64,000 bases of DNA, taken from positions 1,184,001 to 1,248,000 of the forward strand of contig JBMNFY010000017.1 in the NCBI GenBank assembly GCA_050949565.1. The letters are read 5' to 3'. The notes under the pieces were generated by a model that had not been told where the DNA came from, made no database searches, and saw only the letters and a list, made by a program, of their open reading frames with translations. The position numbers and the translations under genes are program-made. Below, piece by piece: positions 27,833 to 39,500 of the stretch (position 1 is its first letter; the number at the start of each line of letters is the position of its first letter). The DNA is from Kiritimatiellia bacterium (GTDB lineage: Bacteria > Verrucomicrobiota > Kiritimatiellia > RFP12 > UBA1067).

Positions 27833-28862
27833 GAATTCTTCACCCCTCACCCCTCACACTTCAAACTTCTACCGAGCCCTTTTGGGCGAGGTAAAAGAGC
27901 GCATCCGCTCCGCCCAGTATGAAGCCCTCAAGGCGGTCAACAAGGAGCTGGTCGGCCTGTACTGGGACATCGGGCGGCTGATCGTGGAGCGGCAGGATGT
28001 TGAAGGCTGGGGCAAGGCGGTGGTGGAACAGCTCGCCGCCGATCTGCGGACGGAGTTTCCCGGCGTGGGTGGCTTTTCGGCCTCCAACCTCTGGCGGATG
28101 AAGGCCTTTTTCGAGGCGTACACCGGCCTGGAAAAACTCGCACCACTGGTGCGAGAAATCGGCTGGAGCCACAACCTGGCTATCCTGGAGCGCTGCAAGG
28201 ACCCGCTGGAGCGGGAATTCTATCTGCGCATGACCCGCAAGTTCGGCTGGTCCAAGAATGTCCTCATTCACCAGATCGACAACCAGAGCTATGAAAAATC
28301 CCTGCTGGGCCAGACCAACTTCGACCAGGCGCTGACGCCGGAACTTCGCGCCCAGGCCAAGCTGGCGGTGAAGGACGAATACACCTTCGATTTTCTGGAA
28401 CTGGGCGAGGAACACAGCGAGCGGGAGCTGGAGCGGGCGCTCATCGCCCGGATCGAGGATTTCCTCCGGGCCATGGGCGGCATGTTCGCCTTCATGGGCA
28501 GCCAATACCGGCTGGAGGTGGACGGCAAAGAGTTTTTCATCGACCTCTTGTTGTTTCACCGCCGTCTGCGCTGCCTTGTCGCCATTGAATTGAAAGTCGG
28601 CGAATTCCTGCCGGAGTTCGTCGGCAAGATGCAGTTTTATCTGGCGGCTCTGGACCGGCAGATCCGCCAGGAGGACGAGAACCCCTCCATCGGTATCATC
28701 CTGTGCAAGGAGAAGAGCCGCACGATTGTGGAATACGCCCTGCACGACGCCCGCAAGCCCATCGGCGTGGCCACTTATGAAATCACCAAGACCCTGCCCA
28801 AGGCGCTGAAAGGCCAACTGCCGTCACCGAAGGACATCGCCCATTTGCTGGAGGACCTATGA
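27825..28862 (+). CDS. DUF1016 / YhcG family PD-(D/E)XK nuclease
   Basis: LYWDIG, GFSASNLWRM, KDEYTFDFL, IDLLLFH, AIELKVGEF, GKMQFYL. Confidence 0.93.
   Translation: MAKNSSPLTPHTSNFYRALLGEVKERIRSAQYEALKAVNKELVGLYWDIGRLIVERQDVEGWGKAVVEQLAADLRTEFPGVGGFSASNLWRMKAFFEAYTGLEKLAPLVREIGWSHNLAILERCKDPLEREFYLRMTRKFGWSKNVLIHQIDNQSYEKSLLGQTNFDQALTPELRAQAKLAVKDEYTFDFLELGEEHSERELERALIARIEDFLRAMGGMFAFMGSQYRLEVDGKEFFIDLLLFHRRLRCLVAIELKVGEFLPEFVGKMQFYLAALDRQIRQEDENPSIGIILCKEKSRTIVEYALHDARKPIGVATYEITKTLPKALKGQLPSPKDIAHLLEDL
27836..27870 (-). repeat. Pyrimidine-rich heptamer array downstream of the four-helix-bundle gene (within DUF1016 5' end)
   Basis: TTCTTCACCCCTCACCCCTCACACTTCAAACTTCT, complementary in register to the 27361 array. 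Confidence 0.7.
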
Positions 28863-31800
28863 AACCGACCGACACCAGCGAAAAGGGCCTGGAGTCCATC
28901 ATCGTCGCGTCCCTCGTGGAGGAGGCCGGATACGTTCAGGGTGATCCGCAGGACTACGACCGGGAACACGCTGTCGACCTGGCCAAGCTGCTGCAATTCC
29001 TCTCCGCCACCCAGCCCGAGACCTATGAGGCTCTTGGCATCGGCGAGGAAGACGGCTCTTCCAATCCTCGGCGCACCCAGTTTCTGCAGCGCCTGCAGGG
29101 CGAGATCGCCAAGCGCGGCGTGGTAGACGTGCTGCGCGGCGGCATCAAGCACGGCCCGGCCCATGTGGACCTTTTCTACGGCACGCCGACGCCGGGCAAC
29201 GTGAAGGCGGCCGAACGGTTCGCGGCCAACATCTTCAGCGTCACCCGCCAACTTCGCTACAGCCGCAACGAGACCGCGCTCTCCCTCGACATGGCCGTAT
29301 TCATCAACGGCCTGCCCATCGCCACCTTCGAACTCAAAAATAAGCTCACCAAGCAGACGGTGCTCGATGCCGTGCAGCAGTACCAGCGCGACCGCGACCC
29401 GAAGGAGCTGCTGTTCCAGTTCGGCCGTTGCGTCGTTCATTTTGCCGTGGACGATCACGAGGTGCGTTTTTGCACCCACCTCAAGGGCAAGGGCTCGTGG
29501 TTTCTGCCCTTCAACAAGGGCTACAACGACGGCGCGGGCAATCCGCCCAACCCTGATGGGCTCGCCACCGACTACCTGTGGAAGGAGACCCTCTCCAAAG
29601 AGGGGTTGACCGATATCCTGGAAAACTACGCCCAGGTGGTGGAGGAAAAGGACGAGAAGACCGGCAAAAAGCGATACAAGCAGATCTTCCCCCGTTACCA
29701 CCAGTTGAAGGTGGTGCGCATGCTGCTGGCCAATGCCGCCGAGAGCGGCATCGGCAGGCGCTACCTGATCCAGCACTCGGCGGGCAGCGGCAAAAGTAAC
29801 TCCATCGCCTGGCTGGCGCACCAGCTCGTGGGGCTGGAACACGAGAGCAAGGCGTTGTTCGACTCGGTCATTGTGGTCACCGACCGGCGGGTGCTCGACA
29901 AACAGATCCGCGACACCATCAAGCAGTTCGCCCAGGTTTCCGCCACCGTCGGCCATGCCGAGCATTCCGGCGACCTGCGCCGCTTCCTCAAGGCCGGTAA
30001 GAAAATTATCATCACCACGGTGCAGAAGTTCCCGTTCATCCTCGATGAGATCGGCGACGAACACCGTAAGAGCAAGTTCGCCATCATCATCGACGAGGCC
30101 CATTCCAGCCAGGGCGGCAAGACCACTGCCGCGATGAATCGTGTGCTGGAAGAGACCGCGCCCTACGGCGGCTCTGATGACGAGGGGGAAGAGACGGTCG
30201 AGGACAAGATCAATAAGATCATGGAAGGCCGGAAGATGGTGACCAACGCCAGCTACTTCGCTTTCACCGCGACTCCCAAGAACAAGACCCTGGAGATCTT
30301 CGGCGAGCCGGACCCGCAGCCCGACGGAACCGTGAAGCACCACCCGTTCCACAGCTACACGATGAAACAGGCCATCCAGGAGGGCTTCATCCTCGATGTG
30401 CTGAAGAACTACACCCCGGTGGAGAGCTATTACCGCCTGGCCAAGACCGTGGAGGACGACCCGCTCTTCGACGCCAACAAGGCACAGAAAAAGCTGCGCC
30501 GCTATGTGGAGTCCCATGAGCACGCCATCCGCGAGAAGGCGGAGATCATGGTGGACCACTTCCACGCCCAGGTGATCGGCCACCGCAAGATCGGCGGCCA
30601 TGCCCGGGCCATGGTCATCACCAACGGTATCGAGCGGGCCATTCAGTATTTCCACGCCTTCAAGGACTACCTCAAGGAGCGCAAAAGCCCTTACGAGCCC
30701 ATCGTGGCTTTTTCCGGAGAGCATGAGTACGGCGGCAAAAAGGTCACCGAAGCGACCCTGAACGGCTTCCCCAGCAGTCAGATCCCGGACAAGGTTCAGC
30801 AGGACCCGTACCGCTTCCTGATCGTCGCCGACAAGTTCCAGACCGGCTACGACGAACCGCTGCTGCACACCATGTACGTGGACAAGGCGCTCTCCGGCAT
30901 CAAGGCGGTGCAGACCCTCTCGCGCCTCAATCGCGCCCACCCGCAGAAGCACGACACCTTTGTACTCGATTTCTACAACGACTCGGAGACCATCCAGAAG
31001 TCGTTCGAGCCCTATTACCGGACCACCATCCTCAGTGACGAGACCGACCCCAACAAGCTCCATGATCTGAAGTCGGATCTGGACGGCTACCAGGTCTATT
31101 CGCAGGCGCAAATCGACGATCTGGTGGGGCTTTACCTGAACGGCGCGGACCGCGACAAGCTCGACCCGATCCTGGATGCCTGCGTGGCCACCTACAACGC
31201 CGATCTTGATGAGGACGGCCAGGTGGACTTCAAAGGCAAGGCCAAGGCCTTCGTGCGCACCTACGGCTTTCTGTCCTCGATTCTGGCGTACTCGAGTGCC
31301 GACTGGGAAAAGCTGTCGATCTTCCTGAACTTCCTGATTCCGAAGCTTCCCGCGCCCAAGGAAGAGGACCTGTCCCGGGGCATCCTGGAGGCCATCGACA
31401 TGGACAGCTACCGTGTCGAGGTGAAAACCAGCCTGAAGATCGGCCTTCCAGATCAGGATGCCGAAATCGGACCGGTGCCGACCAGCGGCGGTGGCCGCAA
31501 ACCGGAACCGGAGTTGGACCAACTGAGCAATATCATCAAGGCGTTCAACGACCAGTTCGGCAACATCGATTGGAAGGACGGCGACAAGATCCGCAAGGTC
31601 ATCGCTGAGGAGATCCCGGCCAAGGTCGCGGCGGACGCGGCCTACCAGAACGCCATGAAGAACAACGATAAGAAGACCGCCCGGATCGAACACGACGCCG
31701 CGCTGCAGCGCGTCATGATCGACCTCTTGTCCGACCACACCGAGCTGTTCAAGCAGTTCAGCGACAACCCGTCGTTCAAGAAATGGCTGGGCGACACCAT

Positions 31801-31864
31801 CTTCGGCGTGACTTATCAGCAACAGGCCGAACAATCCGCAACGGGGGCGAGCCATGGACGTTAA
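28859..31864 (+). CDS. hsdR: Type I restriction endonuclease subunit R
   Basis: D..FINGLPIATFELKN nuclease, QHSAGSGKS, IIDEAHSSQ, FTATP, KFQTGYDEP, QTLSRLNR. Confidence 0.96.
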   Translation: MKPTDTSEKGLESIIVASLVEEAGYVQGDPQDYDREHAVDLAKLLQFLSATQPETYEALGIGEEDGSSNPRRTQFLQRLQGEIAKRGVVDVLRGGIKHGPAHVDLFYGTPTPGNVKAAERFAANIFSVTRQLRYSRNETALSLDMAVFINGLPIATFELKNKLTKQTVLDAVQQYQRDRDPKELLFQFGRCVVHFAVDDHEVRFCTHLKGKGSWFLPFNKGYNDGAGNPPNPDGLATDYLWKETLSKEGLTDILENYAQVVEEKDEKTGKKRYKQIFPRYHQLKVVRMLLANAAESGIGRRYLIQHSAGSGKSNSIAWLAHQLVGLEHESKALFDSVIVVTDRRVLDKQIRDTIKQFAQVSATVGHAEHSGDLRRFLKAGKKIIITTVQKFPFILDEIGDEHRKSKFAIIIDEAHSSQGGKTTAAMNRVLEETAPYGGSDDEGEETVEDKINKIMEGRKMVTNASYFAFTATPKNKTLEIFGEPDPQPDGTVKHHPFHSYTMKQAIQEGFILDVLKNYTPVESYYRLAKTVEDDPLFDANKAQKKLRRYVESHEHAIREKAEIMVDHFHAQVIGHRKIGGHARAMVITNGIERAIQYFHAFKDYLKERKSPYEPIVAFSGEHEYGGKKVTEATLNGFPSSQIPDKVQQDPYRFLIVADKFQTGYDEPLLHTMYVDKALSGIKAVQTLSRLNRAHPQKHDTFVLDFYNDSETIQKSFEPYYRTTILSDETDPNKLHDLKSDLDGYQVYSQAQIDDLVGLYLNGADRDKLDPILDACVATYNADLDEDGQVDFKGKAKAFVRTYGFLSSILAYSSADWEKLSIFLNFLIPKLPAPKEEDLSRGILEAIDMDSYRVEVKTSLKIGLPDQDAEIGPVPTSGGGRKPEPELDQLSNIIKAFNDQFGNIDWKDGDKIRKVIAEEIPAKVAADAAYQNAMKNNDKKTARIEHDAALQRVMIDLLSDHTELFKQFSDNPSFKKWLGDTIFGVTYQQQAEQSATGASHGR

Positions 31865-32909
31865 AACGGCCGCAATTCAGGTTTTGCAACAGGCCGGAAC
31901 GGCGCTGCACGCCAAGGATATCGCCGAGCAGATCATGGCTGCCGGTCTCTGGCAGTCCGGAGGTAAGACCCCAGAGGCCACCGTCAGCGCCCGGCTCTAC
32001 TCCGACATCAAGAGCAATGGGGATAAGTCGTGCTTTGTAAAAGTAGGCCCTCAGACCTTCGCACTTCGGGATTCCACAGAAATAGAGGGTGACACGGCGT
32101 CGGTTCTTGCACCTGTCGAAAAGCCCTCAAAACCTCATCCCATCAACGCGGGCTTTTCCTTCATCGATTGTGCTCAGAAGGTGCTTGAGGAGTTCAGCGG
32201 CAAAAATCCGATGCACTACAAGGAAATCACCGAGAAGGCGTTGGAAAAAGGATGGTTGGTGACGAGCGGAAAAACGCCCGAGGCCACCATGTATGCCCAG
32301 GTGATTACCGAGATCAAACGCCAGCAGAAACGCGGTGAGCGGCCCCGCTTCGTTCAGCACGGCCGTGGCTATGTGGGCCTGAGCCAATGGATGGGGCGTG
32401 GACTCGCATTCCAAATCGAGCAGCACAACCACCAGGTCCGCAAGGTCTTGCGCGAGCGCTTGCTGGCCATGAAGCCCGGTGAGTTCGAGGAGCTCATCTC
32501 GCAGTTGCTGGCGGAGATGGGTTTCGAGATGGTCGAGGTAACCAAGCTCAGCGGCGACGGCGGCATCGATGTCCGGGGCACCTTGGTGGTCGGTGACGTG
32601 GTCCGCATCAAGATGGCCGTCCAGGTCAAGAAATGGAAGCTCAAGAATAATATCCAGGCTCCGGTGGTTCAGCAGGTGCGCGGCAGCCTCGGAGCGCACG
32701 AGCAAGGTCTGATCATCACCACCAGCGACTTCAGCCCCGGAGCCGTCAAGGAAGCCGCCCAGGCAGACAAAACCCCCATCGCCCTAATGAACGGGGACCA
32801 GCTTGTGATGCTCCTGATGGAACACGGCATCGGCGTCCATCGCTCGACGCCTGACTTGTTTGAAATTGATGAAGAGTTTGTAACAGGAGGCGAGTCAAAA
32901 AATGAATGA
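31854..32909 (+). CDS. mrr: Mrr-family (type IV) restriction endonuclease with two HARE-HTH domains
   Basis: Two GKTPEAT winged-helix repeats; FEELISQLL..MGF, GDGGIDV, VQVKKW. Confidence 0.88.
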   Translation: MDVKTAAIQVLQQAGTALHAKDIAEQIMAAGLWQSGGKTPEATVSARLYSDIKSNGDKSCFVKVGPQTFALRDSTEIEGDTASVLAPVEKPSKPHPINAGFSFIDCAQKVLEEFSGKNPMHYKEITEKALEKGWLVTSGKTPEATMYAQVITEIKRQQKRGERPRFVQHGRGYVGLSQWMGRGLAFQIEQHNHQVRKVLRERLLAMKPGEFEELISQLLAEMGFEMVEVTKLSGDGGIDVRGTLVVGDVVRIKMAVQVKKWKLKNNIQAPVVQQVRGSLGAHEQGLIITTSDFSPGAVKEAAQADKTPIALMNGDQLVMLLMEHGIGVHRSTPDLFEIDEEFVTGGESKNE

Positions 32910-35900
32910 GAAAGCTTTGGTTCAAGTTCACGGTGCAGTTGCGAAGCATCTTAGCGACGTAGCCGGGCAACTCGCCGTATTTCTAGAAAGAGTTTTACCG
33001 CCGCTGTTTGACGACTGGTGGAACAAAGCGGTCGTAAACACCCTGTCGTTTCAGCAAAAGAGACGGTTGGAGCAACGCAACATCACGTCACTGGGTGGCC
33101 TTGACCTCGCTGGACTTCTTCGGGTGTTGGACCAGAACTGGTATCAGATTTCCAACAGCCTGGACCTGACCTCCGAAGCCCGTCACTTCGTCAAGGAAAT
33201 GCAAACGGTCCGTAATCACTGGGCACACGCGGACACAGAGGGTTTCCCCGTTGACGACATATACCGGGATCTGGACACCCTCCAGCGTTTTGCGGTTGTT
33301 ATCGGCGCGGATGACACGTTGATTCAAGATTTACGGAAAACAAAGGCGGCTCTTCTCGCGTCGGAGACCCAGCCGCAACCTGACCCAGGCGCAGAGACGC
33401 CCTCCGCGCCTCCGGAAAGGAAAAACGATGCGGCCGAATTCGAACCCGGGCAAATCGTCTTCGCCAAATCAAACCCATCAAGCCGTGGCGCTGTGGTTGC
33501 CGTGCTGGCCGGAAAGCCTGAGAACCGATTCAAGGTCTTCATAGACGGGACAACCCAAACGTTTTACGCGTCGCAATTACAAGCCGAAGACCAGCGTGAG
33601 GAAAAGGAAAACATCTTACCCTGCGACCAATTCCATGCCTATCTCACCGCGCTTCAGATAAAGTATCCGGGGCTATCCACCCTCTACTCACTCAACGCCG
33701 CCCGTGTCGACTTCATCCCCTATCAATTCAGACCGGTGTTGCGCTTTATCCGGTCGGATCGTCCGCGCTTGCTCATTGCCGACGGCGTTGGTGTAGGTAA
33801 GACCATTGAAGCTGGCCTCATCCTGCGCGAGCTTCAGGCGCGGCGTGAGGTACGTTCCGTGCTCATTGTCTGCCCGCGCCCGCTGGTTACCGAGAAAAAG
33901 TGGCAGAACGAAATGAAACGCTTCGAGGAGCGCTTTACCCATCTTGATGGCGCTACCTTGCGGTATTGCATTAACGAAATGGATCTGGATGGTGTCTGGC
34001 CGGAGCAACACCAGAAAAGCATCGTCCCGTACTCCCAGTTCGATGAAACACTCCTGTATGGCTCGGCTCCCGAAGGAAAGCGGAAGCGGAAAAAAGGCCT
34101 CCTGGACCTTGATCCGCCACCCCGCTTCGATCTGGTTATTGTCGACGAGGCTCACCACATTCGAAACCAGGACACATTCAGCCACAAGGCCGTGAAGTTT
34201 TTCTGCGATCATGCTGAAGCGGTAGTTTTCTTGACGGCCACCCCGATCCAGCTCGGCAGCAACGACCTCTTTGTTCTTCTGAATACGCTCCGCCCCGATC
34301 TCATCATCGATCAGGAGAGCTTCTCGCACATGGCTGAGCCGAACCCGTTTATCAATCAGGCGGTGTCGGCGATGCGGTCTCAAACGCCGGAATGGCAAAA
34401 CCTGGCGATGGAAGCTCTCGATCAGGCGGCGTCCACGCCCTGGGGCCAGGCCATACTCAGACACAATCCGGATTTTGGTCGGGTCCGCTCTGAACTCTTG
34501 GGAGGCGGGGTTACACACGAGGAACGCATAAGGATGATCTCCGACACGGAGGGGATGCACACCTTCGCCGGTATCATCAACAGAACCCGCCGCCGCGACA
34601 TTGGGAATTTCACGGTCAGGAAGCCCGAGACTGTCGTCGTGCCATTCACTCCGGCTCAGCAGCATTTGCATGACGAACTTTTGAGAATCCAGGCTGAAAT
34701 ATTCAGCCAGATTCACAATGGGGTTAACGTGAAGTTCATGATGACCACCATCAGGCGACAGGCGGCCAGTTGCCTCTTTGGTCTTGCCCCCTTTCTTGAG
34801 GAGATCCTCAATCGCCATCTCGATGAACTGTCCTGGGAAGAAGCGGATGACACCGGCGTCCCCGAGGACGAGGCCATCATTCCCATCCAAAGCCAAATCC
34901 AGAATCTGCTGAAGGCGGCTCGTACCCTTGAGGCAAGCGACCCCAAACTCGAAGCTTTACGCAACATCATCCGCGACAAGCAAAGCCTCCCGAACAACAA
35001 GGTCATGCTGTTCAGTAGCTTCCGGCATACCCTGAGCTACTTATTCGACCATCTGAGCAAGGACGGTTTTCGCGTCGGGTTGATCCATGGGGGGACACCG
35101 GATGAGGATCGCGTGTCCCTTCGAGCCCGTTTTGAGAAGCCGAAGGAGGATGAGGACTGTCTCGACCTGTTGCTGTTTTCCGAAATCGGCTGCGAAGGTC
35201 TCGATTATCAGTTCTGCGACTGCATCGTGAACTACGATCTTCCTTGGAATCCCATGCGGGTAGAACAGCGCATCGGCCGTATCGACAGAAACGGGCAGAA
35301 GAGCGAGAGCGTCGCCATCGTCAACTTGATAACGCCGGGAACCGTGGATGCGGATATCTACGAGCGGTGCCTGGTGCGCATCGGGGTCTTCAATAACGCC
35401 CTCGGAGGGAGCGAGGAAATACTCGGGGAAATCACTCGTGAGATCAAAAACATCGCCGAAAACTACGAGTTGAGTGAGGAGGAGCGCAAGGGGAAGCTCC
35501 AGCAACTATCCGACAACAAAATCCGACTCATCCAGGAGCAGGAAGAGCTGGAGCAGAAGCAGGCGGAGCTGTTTGGCATTCGCCTTCCCCAAGAGCAGAT
35601 GAACCGCGAAATTGCCGACGCGGCGAGTTTCTGGCTATCACCGGCTTCACTCCGCAGGGTGGTGACCCTTTACCTGCAGCGCGTGTGCGGTAAAGACCAG
35701 GAGTTTATTCTTGGCGAAAAGCCGCTCAAGACCCTCCGGCTGGCCCAGGAATCCCGTGGCCACCTTTTAAGGGATTTTCAGCAGCTCCCCAGGCAGAACA
35801 CTTCTGCTTACCGCGAATGGGAAAATTGGCTCAAGGGCGGGAGCCAGCATTTGGCCATCACCTTCGAGTCTGATTGCGCCATGCAGCATCCCGAGGCCGC

Positions 35901-36501
35901 CTTCATCATGCCCCTCCATCCATTGGTCAAACAGGCGGCTCTGTCATTTGATACCAAACAACGAGTCACAACCAACCTGAAGGCAGTATCCAACGAGATC
36001 CCCGCAGGCAGGTACGAATTCGCTATTTACCAATGGCGCTACCACGGCATCAGGGAGGACTTGGTGCTTAAGCCTATCGCCTCGAACGCCACGGTGACTG
36101 AGCATCTTGGTCGCCTTTTGGAGAGTGCGGCGGATTGTCCTGGCGCTATGCCAGACGGCCTTGGCGCTTCAGTTTGGGACGACTTGGACGCCCAGCACTA
36201 CAGCTTGTGGAACGACGCGAGAAGCAGACACCGGCAAAAGACCCAGGAACAGGCTGAATACCGGCGGGAGAGCCTATCCACCAGTCACCGAGCGCGAATC
36301 GCTCTTCTGGAAGAACAGCTTAGCCAAGCGACCAACGAGAAGATACAAAAAATGCGTCAGTCTCAAATTGCCGCCGCAGAGGCGGACTACGCAAGACGAA
36401 TCCAAGAGCTGGACATCGCTTTGGAGAGAGCGGACATCGTCGCCGGTCCTGTTGCGTATGGTGTGATTCATGTTTCCGGGGGAAGCGCCAATGCCGACTG
36501 A
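32902..36501 (+). CDS. SNF2-family helicase/ATPase with N-terminal Swt1-like HEPN domain
   Basis: RNHWAH (Rx4H) at 33211-33228; ADGVGVGKT, DEAHH, LTATP, EGLDYQF, WNPMRVEQRIGRIDR. Confidence 0.88.
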   Translation: MNEKALVQVHGAVAKHLSDVAGQLAVFLERVLPPLFDDWWNKAVVNTLSFQQKRRLEQRNITSLGGLDLAGLLRVLDQNWYQISNSLDLTSEARHFVKEMQTVRNHWAHADTEGFPVDDIYRDLDTLQRFAVVIGADDTLIQDLRKTKAALLASETQPQPDPGAETPSAPPERKNDAAEFEPGQIVFAKSNPSSRGAVVAVLAGKPENRFKVFIDGTTQTFYASQLQAEDQREEKENILPCDQFHAYLTALQIKYPGLSTLYSLNAARVDFIPYQFRPVLRFIRSDRPRLLIADGVGVGKTIEAGLILRELQARREVRSVLIVCPRPLVTEKKWQNEMKRFEERFTHLDGATLRYCINEMDLDGVWPEQHQKSIVPYSQFDETLLYGSAPEGKRKRKKGLLDLDPPPRFDLVIVDEAHHIRNQDTFSHKAVKFFCDHAEAVVFLTATPIQLGSNDLFVLLNTLRPDLIIDQESFSHMAEPNPFINQAVSAMRSQTPEWQNLAMEALDQAASTPWGQAILRHNPDFGRVRSELLGGGVTHEERIRMISDTEGMHTFAGIINRTRRRDIGNFTVRKPETVVVPFTPAQQHLHDELLRIQAEIFSQIHNGVNVKFMMTTIRRQAASCLFGLAPFLEEILNRHLDELSWEEADDTGVPEDEAIIPIQSQIQNLLKAARTLEASDPKLEALRNIIRDKQSLPNNKVMLFSSFRHTLSYLFDHLSKDGFRVGLIHGGTPDEDRVSLRARFEKPKEDEDCLDLLLFSEIGCEGLDYQFCDCIVNYDLPWNPMRVEQRIGRIDRNGQKSESVAIVNLITPGTVDADIYERCLVRIGVFNNALGGSEEILGEITREIKNIAENYELSEEERKGKLQQLSDNKIRLIQEQEELEQKQAELFGIRLPQEQMNREIADAASFWLSPASLRRVVTLYLQRVCGKDQEFILGEKPLKTLRLAQESRGHLLRDFQQLPRQNTSAYREWENWLKGGSQHLAITFESDCAMQHPEAAFIMPLHPLVKQAALSFDTKQRVTTNLKAVSNEIPAGRYEFAIYQWRYHGIREDLVLKPIASNATVTEHLGRLLESAADCPGAMPDGLGASVWDDLDAQHYSLWNDARSRHRQKTQEQAEYRRESLSTSHRARIALLEEQLSQATNEKIQKMRQSQIAAAEADYARRIQELDIALERADIVAGPVAYGVIHVSGGSANAD

Positions 36502-39500
36502 CTACGACAGGATACGAGAGGACAATATCCGTGAGTACGGTCAAGGGACACGCCACCTGTCCTTTCTGGGCCGACTGTACACAGATCGAACCCATTTCGT
36601 TTTCGAGCTTCTTCAGAATGCGGAGGATGCGGGCGCTACCCGAATACTCTTCAGCCTTTTCGACGACAGGCTGGAAGTTACCCATGATGGCCGTCTTTTC
36701 AATGAGCGGGATGTCAGAGGGGTGTGCGGTGTCGGAGAAGGAACCAAAACCGAAGATCTGACGCAAATAGGAAAGTTCGGAATCGGTTTCAAGTCGGTCT
36801 ACGCCTACACGGCTACTCCGGAAGTCCACTCCGGCGGAGAAGGTTTCAGGATAGAGAACTACGTGCGCCCTTACGCGGTGACCTCCAAGCCAGCCGGTAA
36901 CTCCTGGACCACGCTCTTTGTCTTCCCCTTCAATACTGAAGAAATAGCGCCAGAGACCGCATGCAAGGAAATCGGCGATCGCCTCCGCAACCTGAGCGCC
37001 AGAACACTTTTGTTCCTCAGAAGGATCAACGAAATCGAGTACAGGCTGCCAAACTCAACAGGCGGTGTCTACCTGCGAGAAGAGATTGCACGAGGACCCG
37101 CCCGACAAGTCAGCATCATCGGTCAAAACAACGGCAAGGACGAGGAGGAAAACTGGCTCATTTTTGAACGACCGGTACCCGTACCGGGGAATTCGGATAC
37201 TGTGCGTGTTGAAGTCAGCTTCCGGCTGGAGGCAGAAGACAAGGCCGGAAAGAATCCCGAACGTATAGTCAAGGTTAAAGATTCTCCCCTGGTCGTTTAT
37301 TTCCCGACAGAGAAGGCCACAAGGTTCGGATTCCTCATTCAAGGGCCATACAGGACAACACCATCTCGTGACAATATTCCAAAAGACGACGACTGGAATG
37401 AGACGCTGGTAAAAGAAACTGCTGAACTCATCGGAGATATTCTGCCTGAGATAAAGGATCTTGGCCTGCTCTCGGTATCCTTCCTTGAGGCGCTTCCGAT
37501 TAGAACCGAGGATTTTCCAGGCGACAGCATGTTTTATCCCATCGTCGAGTCGGTTCGGAACACGTTGATCAAAGAAGCACTCCTCCCGGCCGATGACGGT
37601 TCGTTCGTGTCCGCCGGGAACGCAAAACTCGCTCGCGGTGCTGACCTCAGAAAACTGCTGGGCCAGGTGCAGCTTGGTCAGTTGTTTCAGTCCCCATCCA
37701 CAATCAAATGGCTTACCGGGGAGATAACCCAGGACCGAACGCCTGACCTCCGTTCCTACTTGATTAGCGAACTTGACGTGGAGGAAGTGACTCCGGACGG
37801 TTTAGCCCGAAGAATCAGCAATGCCTTTCTGTCTATCCAACCAGATGAATGGTTTGTTGATTTTTATGGATATCTATCCGGCCAGGAGGCGCTTTGGAGA
37901 TCCAAAGGTGTTTATGGGTATCCTGCGGAAGGCCCCCTTCGCAGGAAACCGATTATTAGATGTCAGGATGGACAGCAACGCGCTCCTTTCGATGAATCTG
38001 GCAATCCCATCGTCTTTCTCCCTGTCGAGTCAAGGGTTGAGTACCATGTTGTCCGCAAATCTATCTACGAAAACGAGAAGGTAGCGGAGTTTATGCAGCG
38101 GCTTGGTCTAGTCGCTCCTGACATCTGTACGCGTGTGCTCAATGACATCATCCCTCTTTATCAGGACGACTCTGAAATAGAAGATGATGCCCACACCGAC
38201 CATGTCTCGGTCATCGCCTACGCCATGGTATTGGAAGAATCTCCGCATTACAGCAAAATGATATCCGCACTTAAGGATACCACTTGGGCGTTGGCTACTA
38301 ACGCAAAAACAGGTGAGCAATTCTACGACAAGCCAACTCATCTGTTCCTTCAGTCACCGGAGCTGCAAACCTTCTTCGAGGGGAACGTAAATGTTTGGTT
38401 CCTAGCCGAAGAAGTGGAGAACATCGACTGGCAGAAGCTGGGCGTCCGCACTGGCCCGGTCATCAATTGTCGTGGCCTTCATACAAGTCGCAATCACTTT
38501 GTTTCTTTGTGTTCGTTTCACGGATGGCATAAGCGCGGTGTCGACGGTTTTGACCCCGACACGAGTATCGATGAGCTGGAACACGCACTCATGCATATCT
38601 CACTTCCAAAGGCGGCATACATCTGGAACGAGTTGTTGCCGCCTCTAATTAGGTTTCTACACGGCCGCTACCAACGAGCCACCCACCAGAACTACGACAA
38701 TGCCACCACCTACGAAGAAGACTCGAAGTTGTGCCAAATGTTGAAGAGCCATGCTTGGTTACCCGTTGGCGTCGACGAATTCAAGAAGCCTTCTGAATGC
38801 ACAATCGCCGACTTGGTTGGTGAACTAAAGCGTAATGAAGATCTTGCAGAGGTTCTTGGGGTTCAACCCGACCCCGAAAAGCTGGCTCAGGAGGTGCTGA
38901 AGAGCGAGGATGCGCTGAAACGTGAACAAGCCAAAGCACTCGGGGTTGGCCCTGATGTGCTGGACTACATAATAAATAACCCTGAGAAAATTGAGCGTTT
39001 GATGCAGAAAGATATGGCTGCCCGCAAGGACCGCCCAACGTTTCCAACCAGGCCAGTCGCCAATCCGGAACGACGTCAAGAGCGTCTTGGCGAGCAACTA
39101 ACCGACGCGCCCGATAAGGAATACGAGAAACGCGAAAGAAGTGTTCGAACCACCAACGGTGCCATTGACCCGACCACATGGCTCCGGAATCAATATACGA
39201 ACGAAGCCGACCAAATGATCTGCCAGATATGCAAATTTGAGATGCCGTTCCGCAAGCGCGACGGGCAACACTACTTCGAGAAAAAGGAAGTGCTCTCCAG
39301 AGTTTTTCTTCCAAAGGAACATGAAGCCCAATATCTGGCACTTTGCCCTCTCTGCGCCGCTAAATACGATGAATTTGTAAAAACCGACGACGAGGTAATG
39401 GCCGAGCTAAGGGAAGAGATTGTCAGTGCGGAGGATTGTGAGATTCCAATATCACTCGGTGACGAGAAAACCAGCATCCGTTTCGTAGAGACACACCTTC

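Noticed and set aside
28775-31855. 1026-aa minus-strand ORF (also 23735-25795, 27861-28817, 131-1165, 7529-9361, 53839-55221)
   Set aside because: Antisense shadows of well-supported genes, expected with high-GC codon bias; no recognisable motifs
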